The notes under the pieces are model-generated. The model was not told the origin of the DNA, ran no database searches, and was given only the letters and a program-made list of their open reading frames with translations. A program made the position numbers and the translations under genes. From Alphaproteobacteria bacterium (lineage in GTDB: Bacteria > Pseudomonadota > Alphaproteobacteria > MPNO01), in contig OZ219866.1 of NCBI GenBank assembly GCA_964291675.2, forward strand, positions 1,536,001 through 1,600,000: a stretch of 64,000 bases of DNA, given 5' to 3'. This document shows, piece by piece, positions 60,222 through 64,000 of the stretch. How positions within the stretch are numbered: the first letter of the stretch is position 1; each line of letters opens with the position of its first letter.

Positions 60222-60544
60222 GGCAGCTCGGCGGCGCTTGCAGCCGTGGCGCCGCTCTTCGCCGCGAGGTCGTCCGCGCACCCGGTATCCTGCCACGCCA
60301 TCGAAGAAAACGCTTGTCCATCTCATCCGTCGAGTGGAGCTTCTGGCGGTGCTCCTTGGGGAAGGTCATGTAGGCCAGGACGTCGTCTTCGGCCTCGTCC
60401 ATCAGCGCGGCGAGCTTCAGCGCCTTGGGCCTGAGCTGATCGGCAACCAGGCGCCACTGGGCCCTGGCGCCGTCGGCGTCGTCCTGAGCGAAGGCGGTGG
60501 CGACGAAGGCGGAGACGACACGCCGGCCCTGCTTGCCGGCAAGG

Positions 60545-60930
60545 GTATTGGTCTTGCGGGCGGCCAACAGCGATGCCGCAACGACCGTCTTGCCGAACGC
60601 GGTTGTGGCCGCAAGCACGCTTGTGTCATGCGCGAGCAGGGCATCGACGGCCTCCGCCTGCTCGGGCGTCAATTCCCCGAGGAATGTCGTTTCGACCGGA
60701 TGGCCCGCGAAACGCTCGTCCTGCGGGTCGAGCCCGACGCCGAACTCTTCGAGCAGATGCTCCAACGCCGAGAGGCAGCCGCGCGGGATCGCGATATGAT
60801 GCGACAGCAACTCGGCGCAGGCGACGACGCAGGGCGTGCCGTGAGTCGAACGCCGCATCGCCCGCGCGGTGTAGAATGCCGGGTTCTGGAACGCCGCGAG
60901 CCGCACCAGTCGGTTGACCAGCGCGGGCGG
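60545..60930 (-). pseudogene. SF2 (DEAD/Res-like) helicase fragment
   Basis: AAFQNP.FY, PRGC, ELTPEQ Q-motif, Walker A TTAFGKT. Confidence 0.7.
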
Positions 60931-60944
60931 AACCGCTGATCACC

Positions 60945-61178
60945 GGAGAAGACCTCCGCCAATCCCTCCATCGCCTGACGCTTCCAGACGCCAACCTGGT
61001 TCAGATGCACCTGGTGCCGCGCGGCAATCTCCTGGAGCGTCCGATCGCCCCGAAGCGCCTCAAGCGCGATCTTCGCCTTCAGCTCCCCCGAAAACCTGCG
61101 TCGGTTGCTCATCTGTATTCCTCCGTGAGATGGCGGAATACACCTTAACGAACTGTCCGATTTTCCGGGGCCACCTCA
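60945..61178 (-). mobile_element. IS3-family left end and orfA fragment
   Basis: RRRFSGELKAKIALEAL..QV..WK; TGAGGTGG terminus at 61178. Confidence 0.85.
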
Positions 61179-61182
61179 GGAC

Positions 61183-61794
61183 TCAATTCGGGGAGGGCTC
61201 CGGTTTGAACAAGAAATGTGCCGTTGAGGGAGCTTCAAACACTGTGACTCGGTCTCGACAGTGGATTTCATCCGTTCTGTCGGTCGCTTGATCATCCAGT
61301 AGTTTCGACAGGTGTACGCCAACGAAGACGATGCGCGACAGCTTCTCGCCTAGTTCCTTGTCACGTGCTGCATTCTCAAATCCCTCATGCGAGAACCATC
61401 GATCAAGGGTGGCCCTAATGGCGGTTCGCGCATCGTCAAGGCTGAAGACAGATGGGTTGAGGAACATCTTTCCGATGAAATGGCGGCGTACCTCATTGCG
61501 TTTTTCATGCGTGGGGACCCCATTGAAATTCAACGAAGTCAGGGAAATCTCTATTTCATTGTCGTCCCAAATGTAGCGAACACTCAATTCCACTTCTTGG
61601 GCATCCGCGGCCCTTTCCGCGGCACCCTTCAAACGGATCATTCCCATGTCCCACAGTGTGAACGGACGATCCATGAGCCATTGGACTGTCGCTCCCGGCT
61701 CAGCATGAACGGGTACCGTGTACAGAGTCACAACCATGCCGAGGACGCCTACAAGACGGGAAACGGCACGAATGACGGCAGGGGTGGCAGTCAT
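61183..61794 (-). CDS. Secreted hypothetical protein
   Basis: Signal peptide ..VPVHA-EP; low GC. Confidence 0.6.
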   Translation of the reverse strand: MTATPAVIRAVSRLVGVLGMVVTLYTVPVHAEPGATVQWLMDRPFTLWDMGMIRLKGAAERAADAQEVELSVRYIWDDNEIEISLTSLNFNGVPTHEKRNEVRRHFIGKMFLNPSVFSLDDARTAIRATLDRWFSHEGFENAARDKELGEKLSRIVFVGVHLSKLLDDQATDRTDEIHCRDRVTVFEAPSTAHFLFKPEPSPN

Positions 61795-61913
61795 GCCACC
61801 GAGTCCCGGTACCACAGTCGCTTGCCGACCATGCCAGAGATGGTCGCCGCCGCCTGGTCCAGCGTGTCCGCGCAGCGGCAGTTGTGGCGGCCGGAGAATT
61901 CGTTGACCCGCCG

Positions 61914-62174
61914 TCACTCCTGCCCCTCCCGCAGGCGCCTCTCCTCTAGGAGGTCGTCGATTGCCGTCGCCGCCTCCATCCGGGTCCGCACGGGCGGAAC
62001 GGTCCTATCGGTCTCGTCGGCAAGGTGACCGAGAAACAGGAGTTGCCGCTTCGTCGGCGGTTCGTGGATGAGCGCGTCGCGATTGCGGCGGCGCTCGAAC
62101 CAGCAGCCGAGCAGGAACGCGAAGCAGGTCCAGGCCGCCGCCGCGGCGAGCAGAATCAGCAGATCAGCATCCAT
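61914..62174 (-). CDS. Small membrane-anchored hypothetical protein
   Basis: RBS AAGGAA; TM segment then PPTKRQL..L..LA..EA..AID. Confidence 0.55.
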   Translation of the reverse strand: MDADLLILLAAAAAWTCFAFLLGCWFERRRNRDALIHEPPTKRQLLFLGHLADETDRTVPPVRTRMEAATAIDDLLEERRLREGQE

Positions 62175-63239
62175 CGTCGTTCCTTCGATCCCGATGGCCT
62201 CCAGAGAATACCGATTCCTTCAATGCATTTGCGGTCGAGGACCGTTGGGACGGCGTGTCGTCTCTCCGTTCGCCTCGATGGGGGTCCAGGTCTCATGCCG
62301 CGGCGATCGTTCGAGGTGCGCGCGCCGAATGGAGGTTGGCGCCGTCGATGAAGAGCGCAATGCGCTCGCCGGGATGACTATCCATTGTTCTTCAATATCC
62401 CTGGCCGCCCCGGTGGGCGGAAAATCGAATGGCACACCGATAATGCTCTGCCGGGCAATCCCCCGGGCGACGGCTCGACCGAAATGGAGAAACGTCGTGT
62501 CGACCGTGAGGCGGCCGACCGGGCCATTGCAGCGCCTGCGCCCGTGCACTGTCAACCGCGCCGTGCCGGCGCGCAAGACCTCCGCCTGACAGGCCACCGA
62601 AGGAGCTGAATCGCCGCCCTCCGCCGCTTGACCCCCACGCCGCCGGCTCGCTGAATAGCATGTAACGGCCGGCCTGCCGCCCCCTCATCGCCTGCCGTCA
62701 CGCGGACCCGTGCTGCTTCGCCGCCGGCCGGCGGTTCGCCGGCAGGAGGTGGAGTCCCGGCCGGAAGCCGGGCGGCGGATGGCATCTCGGAGGGGGTGCC
62801 GCCGCCGTTCCCCGACACCGGCAAATGGAGGCGGCACGATGAGCGCGGCAATGGCGATACCCGGCAATACGGCGGATACATTCCTGGTGCATTTCTTCGG
62901 CACCGGCCTGGCCGACGAGCGGTACGTGGAGGAGAAGTTTCATGCGCGCGCGGACGGCGATATCGTTCCCGTCCCCGTTGCTCCCACCGGCGCGAAGGGG
63001 CGCCGCGAGGCCAAGCACGCGGTCGTCTCTCGCGCGGGCAGGCCGAGGCGATGCGTCCCGGCCGCACGGAGATCATCGTCTGCACGGGGCTCAGCACCCG
63101 CGGCGGCAGGCAGGCACCCGCGAGGTCTGGGACGCCGACGACGCGATCGCCGCCGTCGCTGGGTCCTTCCGCATTCTGGCCCAGGGTGTCGCGCAGGACG
63201 GGTTCCAGATCGCCGACGAGCGCGAGAGCCGGCTGTGGG

Positions 63240-63580
63240 GCTTCGTCAAGCTGCGGCAGTATCCGGGGGCGAACCGGCCGCGGCTGGCAATCGACACGGC
63301 GTCGGCGGTCTGGCGTCCCGGCCCGGTGGAGGGTTCGGAACTGCTGGCGCTCTACCGCGACCCGGCGCCCGGCGAGGGCCACGCCGGGTTGGCCCGGATG
63401 GCGCCGGGTTGCGGCTGGGGCCGGGATCTCCGCCCGGGCGGCGAGGAGGTGTTCGTCGTCGAGGGCGTGCTGGAGGACGAGCATGGCCAGCACGGGATGG
63501 GCAGTTGGCTCCGCCACTGGCGGGGCGGCGCGCATCGCTGGCATTCGCCCGAGGGATGCCTTCTCTATGTGAAGCAGTGA
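63240..63580 (+). pseudogene. ChrR-like cupin C-terminal fragment fused to unrelated sequence
   Basis: FVKLRQ, GGEEVFVVEG..DEHG, GSWLR, SPEGCLLYVK. Confidence 0.65.
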
Positions 63581-64000
63581 CATCTTGGCCGATACGACGA
63601 AGGATGCCGGGCGCCTACGTCGAGCCGGAAGACGATCTCGGGACGGGGCCGGGTAGGAACCGGATCGATGGGCGCCACGGGGATCGGCCTGAACCGGGAA
63701 ACAATCGCCGCGCGCGATCCTGAGCGGTCTTGACGGTGGTCCGGCGACACGTGCTGCGCTTCCACAACTCGGCGCCGATCGAGGCGAGTCTGCATCGCTA
63801 TGGGCCGCTCAAAGGGGTAGGCGGTGGATCGCCTGGACCGGATCGCACAGACGCTCGACCGCCGGAACGAGAAGCAGGACGTTCTCGACGACCGTTCCGC
63901 GGACGGCGACCGGCGCGCGTCGACCGACCGGGTGCCGAAGGCCACACGGCAGCGCTCCATGCGTCTCTGACCCATCTTCAACAGTAGATCCCGGATTTGA

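Larger units (their letters stand above)
58735..60330 (+). mobile_element. IS110-family element with long left non-coding end, GT core
   Basis: Removing 58737-60330 restores the IS256 codons CAC TCG ACC AAC; GT occurs at both junctions. Confidence 0.9.
58454..60545 (-). mobile_element. IS256-family 3' remnant interrupted by IS110
   Basis: ..FPKEHRQKLHST | NPIERLHAEIKRRTNVVGIFPNE.. split at 60329/58736; terminal IR-like sequence at 58454. Confidence 0.88.

Noticed and set aside
51209-61178. Composite transposon bounded by two IS3 left ends
   Set aside because: Both are left ends in the same orientation and both elements are truncated; no TSD.

Overview
High-GC alphaproteobacterial (Rhodospirillales-like, inferred from gene content) chromosomal window in two halves. 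1-32850 is mostly core and metabolic genes: hemF, petABC, mtnP-mtnA-aldolase/SDR, prs-rplY-pth-ychF, a long minus-strand catabolic cluster (hydantoinase/oxoprolinase, cupin, DMT, MFS, M24 hydrolase, E1a/E1b/E2), two HigBA-type TA pairs, an orphan DUF433 antitoxin and REP-like palindromes. 32850-64000 is a decaying mosaic island: three IS110-family elements, a group II intron, IS1595, IS1380, IS3 and IS256 elements, pseudogene fragments, dps and secreted orphan proteins. Highlights: (i) an unexplained tandem pair of 135-nt structured non-coding units (170-bp period) with compensatory base changes at the island edge; (ii) two IS110/IS1111 elements whose non-coding ends contain bridge-RNA-like guide segments matching their reconstructed target and donor junctions; (iii) a 4.8-kb IS1595 cargo transposon (IRs plus 8-bp TSD) that splits a DUF1353 gene also hit by the intron; (iv) an mtnP-mtnA-aldolase/SDR fusion operon suggesting a DHAP-shunt variant. 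No tRNA, rRNA or CRISPR array was seen. All family calls come from motif recognition by eye, not database searches.
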